The notes under the pieces were generated by a model. That model made no database searches and was not told the origin of the DNA. It worked only from the letters and a program-made list of their open reading frames with translations. Shown here one piece after another: positions 56,760 to 64,000 of a DNA stretch of 64,000 nucleotides (position 1 is the stretch's first letter; every line of letters starts with the position of its first letter). The DNA lies in contig JAISXH010000011.1 in assembly GCA_031270825.1 (NCBI GenBank), forward strand, positions 12,231 to 76,230. The letters run 5' to 3'. Both the position numbers and the translations under genes were made by a program. This stretch comes from Bifidobacteriaceae bacterium. GTDB lineage: Bacteria > Actinomycetota > Actinomycetes > Actinomycetales > WQXJ01.

Positions 56760-57476
56760 TTGGGTAAGTGGGGGACGCGTCCGGTAACCGCAGGTGTGGC
56801 TGTGGCCATCGCGGTGCCAAGTTACGCTGATGCCCCGCAAGGAGAGCCCGGGGCTGGTCTCGAACTCGCTCAGAATGTCGCCACCGGCACGGTCGTGGGG
56901 GCCGACCAAGTGCCGTTGCAGAGGGCTGGTCCTAGCGGGTTCTTCCCGGTCGACACGGACTGCCTCTCCTTCGACGAGTACGGCTACCAGACTTGGAGCG
57001 GCGGTTTTGCGCCGGGCGTGAGCGAGCTGGGCGACGAGTTGTCGGCCATCGTGGACGCCAACAACTCGTTCGCGGCGGGAGTGGCGATCTGTTCGAACCG
57101 TGCCGGGTTGGCGGTCTTCGTCGCGGAACGGGATCCTGAGTTGATTGCCCAGATCGACGCGGCGGCCGCGAAGCACCCTTCACTGCCAGTGTCGATCGAG
57201 GACGTCGCCGTTGGAGCCGGCACGGCCGAGGCGGTGGCCCTACGGCTGCGGGATGCGGACTTCGGCTCCACCATCACGGCTGTCGGGGTGGACGTGCACA
57301 CCGGTGGCCTGTTGGTCTCGGTCCTGCCCGAGGCCATGTCGCGGGAGGCGGACCCGGTCACGGCGGAATCGATCCACTCATATGTGCTCGCCGTGGAGGG
57401 TTTGGAGCTCCCGGTGGCGCTTGAGCCGGTCCCCGCGGGGGAGGACTCGAGCGGCCTGGCCGACTCCGCCGCATAG
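56760..57476 (+). CDS. Secreted protein, unknown function
   Basis: Signal-like N-terminus ending AVPSYA/DAP. Two segments faintly reminiscent of alpha-lytic-protease pro-domains. TTG start uncertain. Confidence 0.5.
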   Translation: MGKWGTRPVTAGVAVAIAVPSYADAPQGEPGAGLELAQNVATGTVVGADQVPLQRAGPSGFFPVDTDCLSFDEYGYQTWSGGFAPGVSELGDELSAIVDANNSFAAGVAICSNRAGLAVFVAERDPELIAQIDAAAAKHPSLPVSIEDVAVGAGTAEAVALRLRDADFGSTITAVGVDVHTGGLLVSVLPEAMSREADPVTAESIHSYVLAVEGLELPVALEPVPAGEDSSGLADSAA

Positions 57477-57510
57477 TCGTGGGGTTCGTCGGTGACCCAC
57501 AGCCTTAACG

Positions 57511-58020
57511 ATGTGGTTCAAGGTATCTAATTCGACAGGAGTGGCTTTGAAGATCAAGGGGGCGACGCGCCTGCGGACCGCAGGCTTGGCTGTGGCGGCA
57601 GCAGTCCTGGTGGCAGCGCTGATGGGATCATGTGTGGTTGGCGGCAAGACCGGCCCGGGGTCCGCCACGCCGGTCCAAAGCAGTCCGGAGGCGCCCCAAG
57701 ACGACCCGGGCGCATGCCCGGCGGAAGGCTCCGACTCACCGCTGCTGACAACGTCGATAGCGGAGGCTCACGCCGAGGACGCGCTGCCCGCCTGCGGGCC
57801 TGGTGATTCCGAGCCGAGGCCGGGAGTGCTGGGGGAGGCGCGCGTCCAGATTTACGCCACCGACGGGATCGACCTGCCTGCCGAGGTCAACCTGGAGCCG
57901 GAACTAGGCCTGACCAACCTGGCGGAGTGCCAAGAGCGACCGGGTTCGGCCACCTTCTTCGTAGACGGCCAGTGGCATATCGGCCGAAACGTGGTCTGCT
58001 CGCAGCTCGACGGCCTGTGA
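57511..58020 (+). CDS. Putative lipoprotein, unknown function
   Basis: Lipobox-like AALMGSC and four further Cys. Alternative starts at GTG 57541 or TTG 57547, after AGGAG. Confidence 0.5.
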   Translation: MWFKVSNSTGVALKIKGATRLRTAGLAVAAAVLVAALMGSCVVGGKTGPGSATPVQSSPEAPQDDPGACPAEGSDSPLLTTSIAEAHAEDALPACGPGDSEPRPGVLGEARVQIYATDGIDLPAEVNLEPELGLTNLAECQERPGSATFFVDGQWHIGRNVVCSQLDGL

Positions 58021-58050
58021 GGCGCCCAAGCCCGCGCCCGGGCCGCCGGC

Positions 58051-58142
58051 GGGTGGACTCGCTGATGGCGGCGGCATCGGCGGTGGGGGTCTGGGCCGCC
58101 GGCCGACCGAGGCGCTCGGGGCGCCCAGGCGAGCCGGCTTAG
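58051..58142 (+). pseudogene. Displaced 3' remnant of the TrmH-family gene (right copy of the direct repeat)
   Basis: Translates in frame as VDSLMAAASAVGVWAAG..., compared with the live C-terminus VDSLNVAAASAVAFWATR*. TGA is changed to CGA and the frame runs to TAG 58140-58142. Confidence 0.6.
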
Positions 58143-58163
58143 CGGCGGCCCGGTGAAAGATGG

Positions 58164-58781
58164 CTAGATCAGGCCGGCGGTGCCGAGGCGGGCGCGGGCG
58201 AAGCGAGCCGCGACGTCATCCCAGTTGACAATGTTCCAGAAAGCGGCCACGTAGTCGGCCTTGACGTTCAGGTAGTCCAGGTAGAAGGCGTGCTCCCACA
58301 TGTCGAGGACCAGCAACGGAACCAGACCGGCGGAGAGGTTGGACTGATGGTCGTAGAGCTGGTTGACCAACAGTTGGCCGGCCAGCGGCTCCCAGGTCAG
58401 GATCGCCCAGCCGGAGCCCTGGATGGAGGTGGCGGCGGCGGAGAACTGCGCCTTGAAGGCATCGAAGGAGCCGAAGGCGCCGGTGATCGCGTCCGCCAGT
58501 TCGCCCTGCGGCGCCAGCGACGAATCCGGGGTCAGGTTCTGCCAGAAGACGGAGTGATTGACGTGGCCGGCCAGGTTGAAGGCGAGGTCTTTCTCCAACT
58601 TCGGCAGGATGGCGAAACTGCCCGAATCCCGGGCGGCGGCCAACTGCTCAAGGGCGGTGTTGAGGCCGGCCACGTAGGCGGCGTGGTGCTTGTCGTGGTG
58701 CAGTTCCATGATGCGGCCGGAGATGTAGGGCTCCAGGGCGGAATAGTCGTAAGGCAGATCGGGCAAGGCATACAGAGCCAT
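58164..58781 (-). CDS. sodA: Fe/Mn superoxide dismutase
   Basis: [28 protein letters not shown] and [11 protein letters not shown]. Confidence 0.95.
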   Translation of the reverse strand: MALYALPDLPYDYSALEPYISGRIMELHHDKHHAAYVAGLNTALEQLAAARDSGSFAILPKLEKDLAFNLAGHVNHSVFWQNLTPDSSLAPQGELADAITGAFGSFDAFKAQFSAAATSIQGSGWAILTWEPLAGQLLVNQLYDHQSNLSAGLVPLLVLDMWEHAFYLDYLNVKADYVAAFWNIVNWDDVAARFARARLGTAGLI

Positions 58782-58865
58782 TGGTCCTCTTTCATTCTCG
58801 ATGAACGTGTGCTAGGTCCCTCTCATTACATCACTAGTTCGGCGGCGCCCGGTACCATTTTTGCT

Positions 58866-59300
58866 ATGACCGTTAGCGTTCCCGCATCGACCGAGATCGA
58901 AACCAGTTCCGCAAAGCCCATCAGCATCCTCGTCTACAGTGACAACGCGCGCGTCCGGGCCGAGGTGAGGGAGGACCTGGGCGACACGCTCGGGGCGCCG
59001 GCTCAGCCGATCGAGTGGACCGAGGTGGCCACCCATGAAATGGCCATGCTGTTGTGCCACGAGAGCACCTTCGACCTGGTGATCATGGACAACGAGGCGA
59101 ATCGGCTGGGCGGAGTGGGTTTGACCACCCAGATGCGCAACGAACTCGACTGGCAGCCGACGGTGCTGCTGTTGTTGGCCCGTCAGCAGGACGCTTGGCT
59201 GGGCGCTTGGTCGGGCGCCGACGCGGCTCTGCTCCAACCGATCGATCCAGTCAAGTTGGCCGCCACGGTGGCCGAGCTGGTGGGCCTGCCGCAGGGCTAA
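58866..59300 (+). CDS. Stand-alone receiver-like (CheY-fold) domain protein, atypical
   Basis: ORF 58290..59300 trimmed to ATG 58866. ISILVYSDN...[10 protein letters not shown] keeps the phospho-Asp position, but the conserved KP reads QP. Confidence 0.55.
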   Translation: MTVSVPASTEIETSSAKPISILVYSDNARVRAEVREDLGDTLGAPAQPIEWTEVATHEMAMLLCHESTFDLVIMDNEANRLGGVGLTTQMRNELDWQPTVLLLLARQQDAWLGAWSGADAALLQPIDPVKLAATVAELVGLPQG

Positions 59301-59316
59301 CCCCCCTGCCCAAATC

Positions 59317-60381
59317 ATGACCGACAACCGCTCCGAGGCGACCTGGCCCGGCCTGATCGCCGCCCTGATCCAGGGCCAGAACCTGTCTGCGGCCGATGCG
59401 GCCTGGGCCATGGACGAGGTCATGTCCGGCAACGCCTCAGCCGTTCAGCTGGCCGGCTTGCTGGTGGCCCTGCGGGCCAAAGGCGAAACCGTCGAGGAGC
59501 TGGCCGGTCTGGCGGGGTCGATGCTGGAGCACGCGCGACCGGTTGACTTGCCGCAGGACGCCATCGACATTGTCGGGACCGGCGGCGACCGGGCCTTCAC
59601 CGTCAACGTCTCGACCATGGCGGCGCTGGTGATCGCCGGCGTCGGGGCGCGGGTGGTGAAACACGGCAACCGGGCGGCCAGCTCCAAATCCGGATCGGCT
59701 GACGTGCTTGAAGCCTTGGGCGTCAACCTGAACATGTCGGCTGAACGCATCCGCGAGGTCTTCGACGAAGTCGGCATCGCGTTCCTGTTCGCGCAGGCAT
59801 TCCATCCGTCGATGCGGCACGCGGCGGTGGCCCGCCGCGAACTGGGCGTGGCGACGGTTTTCAACTTTCTCGGCCCGCTGACCAATCCGGCCCGGCCGCG
59901 GGCCTCCGCCATCGGCTGCACCGACCTGGCCATGGCCCCGCTGATGGCAGGCGTGCTGGCGGCGCGCGGCGGCTCGGCCCTGGTGTTCAGGGGCCGCGAC
60001 GACGGCCTCGACGAAATGGCCGCGACCGGGCCGATCCAAGTCTGGGAGGCCCGTGGCGGCACAGTCGAGGCGAGCGTGTTGGACCCGGTGGCGGACTTGG
60101 GCCTGGAACCTATCTCTTTGGCGGACATCAGAGGGGCCGATGCCGCCGCCAACGCCGCCGTCGCCAGCCAGGTCTTGGCCGGGCGCGAAGGGCCGATCAG
60201 ACAAACTGTGCTGCTGAACGCCGCCGCCGGCTTGGCGGCGGCGGGCCAGCACGCCGGACTGATCCACGGCCCGCTGGCATCCCGACTGCGGGCGGGGATG
60301 GACTTGGCGGCGCAGGCGGTCGATTCCGGCGCCGCCGCCCGGGTGCTGGACCGCTGGATCGAGGCCTCCGCCCAGGATTAA
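59317..60381 (+). CDS. trpD: Anthranilate phosphoribosyltransferase
   Basis: DIVGTGGD and [21 protein letters not shown]. Confidence 0.93.
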   Translation: MTDNRSEATWPGLIAALIQGQNLSAADAAWAMDEVMSGNASAVQLAGLLVALRAKGETVEELAGLAGSMLEHARPVDLPQDAIDIVGTGGDRAFTVNVSTMAALVIAGVGARVVKHGNRAASSKSGSADVLEALGVNLNMSAERIREVFDEVGIAFLFAQAFHPSMRHAAVARRELGVATVFNFLGPLTNPARPRASAIGCTDLAMAPLMAGVLAARGGSALVFRGRDDGLDEMAATGPIQVWEARGGTVEASVLDPVADLGLEPISLADIRGADAAANAAVASQVLAGREGPIRQTVLLNAAAGLAAAGQHAGLIHGPLASRLRAGMDLAAQAVDSGAAARVLDRWIEASAQD

Positions 60382-60408
60382 GCGATAGAGAACCGCTTCG
60401 GTTCTGGG

Positions 60409-60690
60409 CTAGTCGTCTAAGCCCAGGTCATAGGCCTGGTCCAAGTCGCGGGCGGAGTAAGTCTGGAAGGCGATGAAGGTCTGGGTGGAGACCACGCCGG
60501 CGGTCTTGGAGACCCGTTCGGCGATCACCCCGGCCAGGTCCTCGTGGCGGCGCACCTTGGCGATGGCGATCAGATTGACCTCGCCGGTGACCGAGTAGAC
60601 CGCGGCGATCCCGGGGATGTCGGCGATGGCCTGGGCGGCCTCTGGGATGAGGTGGACGTCGGTGGTGATCAACACGACCGCGGTGATCAT
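60409..60690 (-). CDS. Lrp/AsnC ligand-binding (RAM) domain protein, no HTH
   Basis: 93 aa. VYSVTGEVNLIAIAKV is typical of AsnC_trans_reg. Confidence 0.78.
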   Translation of the reverse strand: MITAVVLITTDVHLIPEAAQAIADIPGIAAVYSVTGEVNLIAIAKVRRHEDLAGVIAERVSKTAGVVSTQTFIAFQTYSARDLDQAYDLGLDD

Positions 60691-61295
60691 GGCGACTCCT
60701 CGGTTTCGGGCTCCTGGTTCTCGGAGTCAGCAGACGGCTCCGTTGACGCCTCCTCGCCGTCCTGGCCGCCGTCTCCGGGCAGTGGGACCTCATCCCAGAC
60801 GAAATCCTGGTACGGCGTCTGCAGGCCGACATGCACCAATTCGCGATCCCCCAGCGGCTTCGCCAGTTTGACCGTCCCCCACTTGAACGCCCGGGCGGGA
60901 TTGGCCGGGCAGTCGGTGGCGTCCGGAACCTTGAGGACATAGACGCCCACGGTCACCTTGGAATCGGCTTCATCGAGCGAGAATCCGGCGTGGCCATAGC
61001 AGACGGTGTCGCCATCGACGTAGTAGATCTGCAATTCCTGACTGTCTGGATCGGGCTTGGTGACATTGCCCCAGGGGGCGGAAATCCAGCCCTCTTCAAC
61101 CTTGTCGGCTATAGGCAGTTCCTCGTCCAATTGGTCCAGGGCCTTAGGATCGCCGACCACCACGGTGCCGTCGTCAACTTTCGGCTCGTTAGTCTCGGTC
61201 TCATCTCCTCCACTGGAACCGCAACCGCTGAGGGCGGTGGCGAGACCGAGACAGGTTAGGGCGATAAGGAGTCGTTTGCGCATGGGGACAACCAT
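60687..61295 (-). CDS. Lipoprotein, unknown function
   Basis: Lipobox LATALSGCGSSGG. 4-nt overlap with the downstream RAM-domain gene. Confidence 0.65.
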   Translation of the reverse strand: MVVPMRKRLLIALTCLGLATALSGCGSSGGDETETNEPKVDDGTVVVGDPKALDQLDEELPIADKVEEGWISAPWGNVTKPDPDSQELQIYYVDGDTVCYGHAGFSLDEADSKVTVGVYVLKVPDATDCPANPARAFKWGTVKLAKPLGDRELVHVGLQTPYQDFVWDEVPLPGDGGQDGEEASTEPSADSENQEPETEESP

Positions 61296-61310
61296 ACCGA
61301 AGTCGAATCC

Positions 61311-63155
61311 TCAGACCGTCGGCATACTGTGCCCGTTCTTGGCGTCGGTGCCGTAGAGCTGATCGATTTGGGCGGCGAAGTCGCGCAGGACCTTGCTGCG
61401 CTTGACTTTGAGAGATGGCGTCAGATAGCCGTTGAGTTCGGTGAAATCGCCCTCCAGGATGGCGAACTTGCGAATCGACTCCGCCCGCGAGACCGCCTGG
61501 TTGGTTCGCTCGACGGCTCGCTCGAGCGATGCCCAAACGTCCGGGTCGGTGCGGGCGTCCGCGAGCGGCATCGGCGGCTTGCCGTGGTTGGCCAACCAAC
61601 CGGGCAACATTTCCTCGTCCAAGGTGACCAAAGCGCCGATGAAGGGCCGGCCGTCGCCGACCACCACGACCTGTGAGACCAGCGGATGTCCCCGCAGCCG
61701 GTCTTCCAGTAGGGCCGGCGCGACGTTCTTGCCCCCGGCGGTGACGAGGATTTCTTTCTTCCGGCCGGTGATGAAAAGGTATTTGTCGGGGTCCAGGTAG
61801 CCCATGTCGCCGGTGTGGAACCAGCCGCCGCGCAACGCCTCGGCCGTGGCTTCGGGGTTGTCGTGGTACTGGTCGAAGACGTTGACGCCTTGGAGCAGGA
61901 TTTCGCCGTCTGGCGCGATCTGGACCGCGCAGCCCGGGAAAGGCAGTCCCACCGAGCCGATCTTCTGGCGGCTGGGGCGGTTGACGGTGATCGGGGCGGT
62001 GGTCTCGGTCAGGCCGTAGCCCTCCAGGACCGTCAGGCCGATGCCGCGGTAGAAGTGTCCCAGCCGTTCGCCCAGCGGCGCGCCGCCGCTGACCGCGTAC
62101 TTGACTTGGCCGCCGATGGCGTCACGGAGCGAGCCGTAGACCAGTTTGTTGGCGATGGAGTGCTGGCGCTTAAGCCACCACGACGGCCCCCGTTTGGTGT
62201 CCAAAGCCCGGGAGTAGACGATCGCCACCTTGGCCGACCAGCGGAAAATCTTCAGTTTCAACCCGGATCCGGCCTTCTGTTCGGCGGCGTTGTAGACCTT
62301 CTCCAGCACCCGCGGCACCGCCAGCAGGTAGGTGGGCCTGAACGAGGCCAGAGCCGGGACCAAGTTCTTGACGTCTGGACAATGGCCGATCACGCTCTTG
62401 GAGGAGATCCCCACCACTTGGATGAAGCGGGCGAAGACGTGCGCCAGCGGCAGGAACAGGATTGTCCGGCAGCCCTCGCGCGCGATCACGTCGACCACGG
62501 AGGTCTCAGATTCGTCGAACTGGGTGTTGTCGGTCAGGCGCACAAAGTGCCCGTGGGTCAACTCCGTCCCCTTGGGGCGCCCGGTGGTGCCGGAGGTGTA
62601 GATGATGGTGGCCAGGTCTTTGCCGACGATGCCGCGCCAGCGCCGCGCCAGTTCGGCGTCCGCCACGCTGGCGCCGACTTCCGCCAGCGCCGCGATGGCG
62701 CCTTGGTTGAGTTGCCAGACTTGGCGCAGACCGGGCAAGTTGCCCCGAACGGCCTCCAGAATCAGTCCGTGGGCCGGCGTCTCCGCGAAGGCGCCGCTGA
62801 TGGCCGCGTCCGAGCAGATCCATTCGGCCTGTTCGACTGAGCTGGTCTCATAGATCGGGACCGAGACGGCCCCGGCCGACCAAATGGCGTAGTCGAGCAC
62901 CGCCCACTGGTAGGAGGTGCGCGACATGATGGCGATCTTGTCGCCGGTCTGCACGCCCAGGGCGATCAGGCCTTTGGCGACCTCAGCCACATCATGATAG
63001 AACTGCTGGACGGTTACAGGCGACCAACTGCCGTCGGCCTGCTGGACCTCGAAGAGGGTCACGCCAGGTTCGGTTTCAAGGCGGCGCTGGAAGAGATCGA
63101 TGATGCTGAGGCCGGGGTCGACTGCGACGCTCGCCGGCATGGCGATGGTGTCCAC
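61311..63155 (-). CDS. fadD: Long-chain fatty acid-CoA ligase (AMP-forming)
   Basis: AMP-binding signature IIYTSGTTGRPKG, plus GWFHTGD. Confidence 0.9.
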   Translation of the reverse strand: MDTIAMPASVAVDPGLSIIDLFQRRLETEPGVTLFEVQQADGSWSPVTVQQFYHDVAEVAKGLIALGVQTGDKIAIMSRTSYQWAVLDYAIWSAGAVSVPIYETSSVEQAEWICSDAAISGAFAETPAHGLILEAVRGNLPGLRQVWQLNQGAIAALAEVGASVADAELARRWRGIVGKDLATIIYTSGTTGRPKGTELTHGHFVRLTDNTQFDESETSVVDVIAREGCRTILFLPLAHVFARFIQVVGISSKSVIGHCPDVKNLVPALASFRPTYLLAVPRVLEKVYNAAEQKAGSGLKLKIFRWSAKVAIVYSRALDTKRGPSWWLKRQHSIANKLVYGSLRDAIGGQVKYAVSGGAPLGERLGHFYRGIGLTVLEGYGLTETTAPITVNRPSRQKIGSVGLPFPGCAVQIAPDGEILLQGVNVFDQYHDNPEATAEALRGGWFHTGDMGYLDPDKYLFITGRKKEILVTAGGKNVAPALLEDRLRGHPLVSQVVVVGDGRPFIGALVTLDEEMLPGWLANHGKPPMPLADARTDPDVWASLERAVERTNQAVSRAESIRKFAILEGDFTELNGYLTPSLKVKRSKVLRDFAAQIDQLYGTDAKNGHSMPTV

Positions 63156-63225
63156 GAAGGGAGTTTACAGGCAACCTACGGTCGCGTAACTGAGCACTCG
63201 GCGGTGTGCTGGAACAATTGTCGCC

Positions 63226-64000
63226 ATGGCCACTTTTCGGGACGCCGGCATTGTGCTGCGGACCCACAAACTGGCCGAGGCGGACCGCATCATCACTCTG
63301 CTCACCCGTGACCACGGCAAGGTCCGGGCGGTGGCCAAGTCGGTGCGGCGGACGAGATCTCGCTTCGGCGCCCGTCTGGAGCCGTTCATGCACGTCGACC
63401 TGCAGCTTTACGAAGGGCGGTCGTTGGACGCAATCACCCAGGCGGTGACCTTGGCGGCCTATGGCGGACCGATAGCGGCCAGTTATCCGGCCTTCACCGC
63501 CGCCAGCGCGGTGGTCGAGGCGGCCGACAAGCTCAGCCCGGTGGAGCACCTGGCCACCCGGCCGTTGTATCGGCTGACCCTGGGGGCGGTGGCGGCGCTG
63601 GCGCGAGGCGCGGCCGAGTCATGGAACCAAGCCGATGGGCTGATGGACGAGGGCCGGGTTGGACCGCCCGGCCCGGGGGCCGTGGTCGATTCCTATCTGC
63701 TACGGGCTTTGGCGCTGTCTGGTTATGCGCCGTCCCTGGCCGCCTGCGCCCAGTGCGGCGCGCCGGGACCGCACCGGGCCTTTTCCGCTGCCGCAGGCGG
63801 GATGGTCTGCCCGAATTGCCGTCCGCCGGGGGCGGCGGCGCCTTCGGCGGCGACGGTGACCTTGCTGGGCGCCCTGTTGGAAGGCGATTGGACGGCGGTC
63901 GCGGCCGCCTCGGCCGGCGATTCGGTTGCGCCGGAGCAAGCCGCCGCGCTGGTGCGATCCTTCGCCGAGTTCCATATGGAGCGAGCGGTGCTGGCGCTGC
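63226..64000 (+). CDS. recO: DNA repair protein RecO (3' end beyond window)
   Basis: Own translation from ATG 63226: MATFRDAGIVLRTHKLAEADRIITLLTRDHGKVRAVAKSVRR... with Zn finger CAQCG...CPNC. Open to the window end, so it is absent from the ORF track. Confidence 0.88.
   Translation, partial: MATFRDAGIVLRTHKLAEADRIITLLTRDHGKVRAVAKSVRRTRSRFGARLEPFMHVDLQLYEGRSLDAITQAVTLAAYGGPIAASYPAFTAASAVVEAADKLSPVEHLATRPLYRLTLGAVAALARGAAESWNQADGLMDEGRVGPPGPGAVVDSYLLRALALSGYAPSLAACAQCGAPGPHRAFSAAAGGMVCPNCRPPGAAAPSAATVTLLGALLEGDWTAVAAASAGDSVAPEQAAALVRSFAEFHMERAVLAL

Larger units (their letters stand above)
52221..58050. mobile_element. Putative integrated genomic island (no recombinase visible)
   Basis: Bounded by the direct repeat above. 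The right copy is a displaced in-frame remnant of the methyltransferase 3' end. Contains a lower-GC stretch and accessory-type exported and ABC genes. Confidence 0.55.

Noticed and set aside
57927-58142. 71-aa ORF at the right end of the island.
   Set aside because: Its C-terminal half is the displaced copy of the methyltransferase 3' end and the rest is Arg/Pro-rich noise. It is treated as a gene remnant, not a gene.

Overview
High-GC actinobacterial chromosomal segment (no database search was possible; family calls rest on motifs read from the supplied translations). Most of the window is densely packed core metabolism in a gene order typical of Actinomycetota. It runs from a cell-envelope glycosylation block (two GT-B glycosyltransferases and a polytopic membrane protein) through a nitrogen and pantothenate block (panB, glnA2-glnE, panD, glnA1) to lpdA-sucB and pepA/pyrD. 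Next come several peptidases and hydrolases, erpA, an SOS-type mutasome operon (imuA'-imuB-dnaE2), cobB, rarD, tRNA-Leu(GAG), proC and an LMW tyrosine phosphatase. The right half carries a COG2984-type ABC importer, the Nif3/zinc-ribbon/RNase H-phosphatase trio followed by RNase P RNA, then ppgK, a TrmH-family methyltransferase, sodA, trpD, fadD and the start of recO. Many adjacent genes are translationally coupled by 1-16 nt overlaps. The main finding is a ~5.8 kb insertion (about 52.2-58.05 kb) bounded by an imperfect direct repeat that duplicates the 3' end of the TrmH-family gene. It carries a MacB-type ABC exporter with a peptidoglycan-binding adaptor, three uncharacterised exported proteins, a lower-GC leader with two tiny ORFs, and no visible recombinase. 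Other points worth a second look: an E2 acyltransferase next to lpdA with its catalytic His motif replaced (DHRxxDG to DSRLVTP); a Fic-fold protein with degenerate catalytic and inhibitory motifs; a Cys-less carbon-nitrogen-hydrolase-like ORF; a DUF222/HNH selfish-type gene preceded by an 8/24-bp repeat array; a strong promoter plus LexA-box upstream of the mutasome; and many short, mostly in-frame tandem repeats. The many long antisense ORFs in the six-frame track are treated as GC-driven shadow ORFs.
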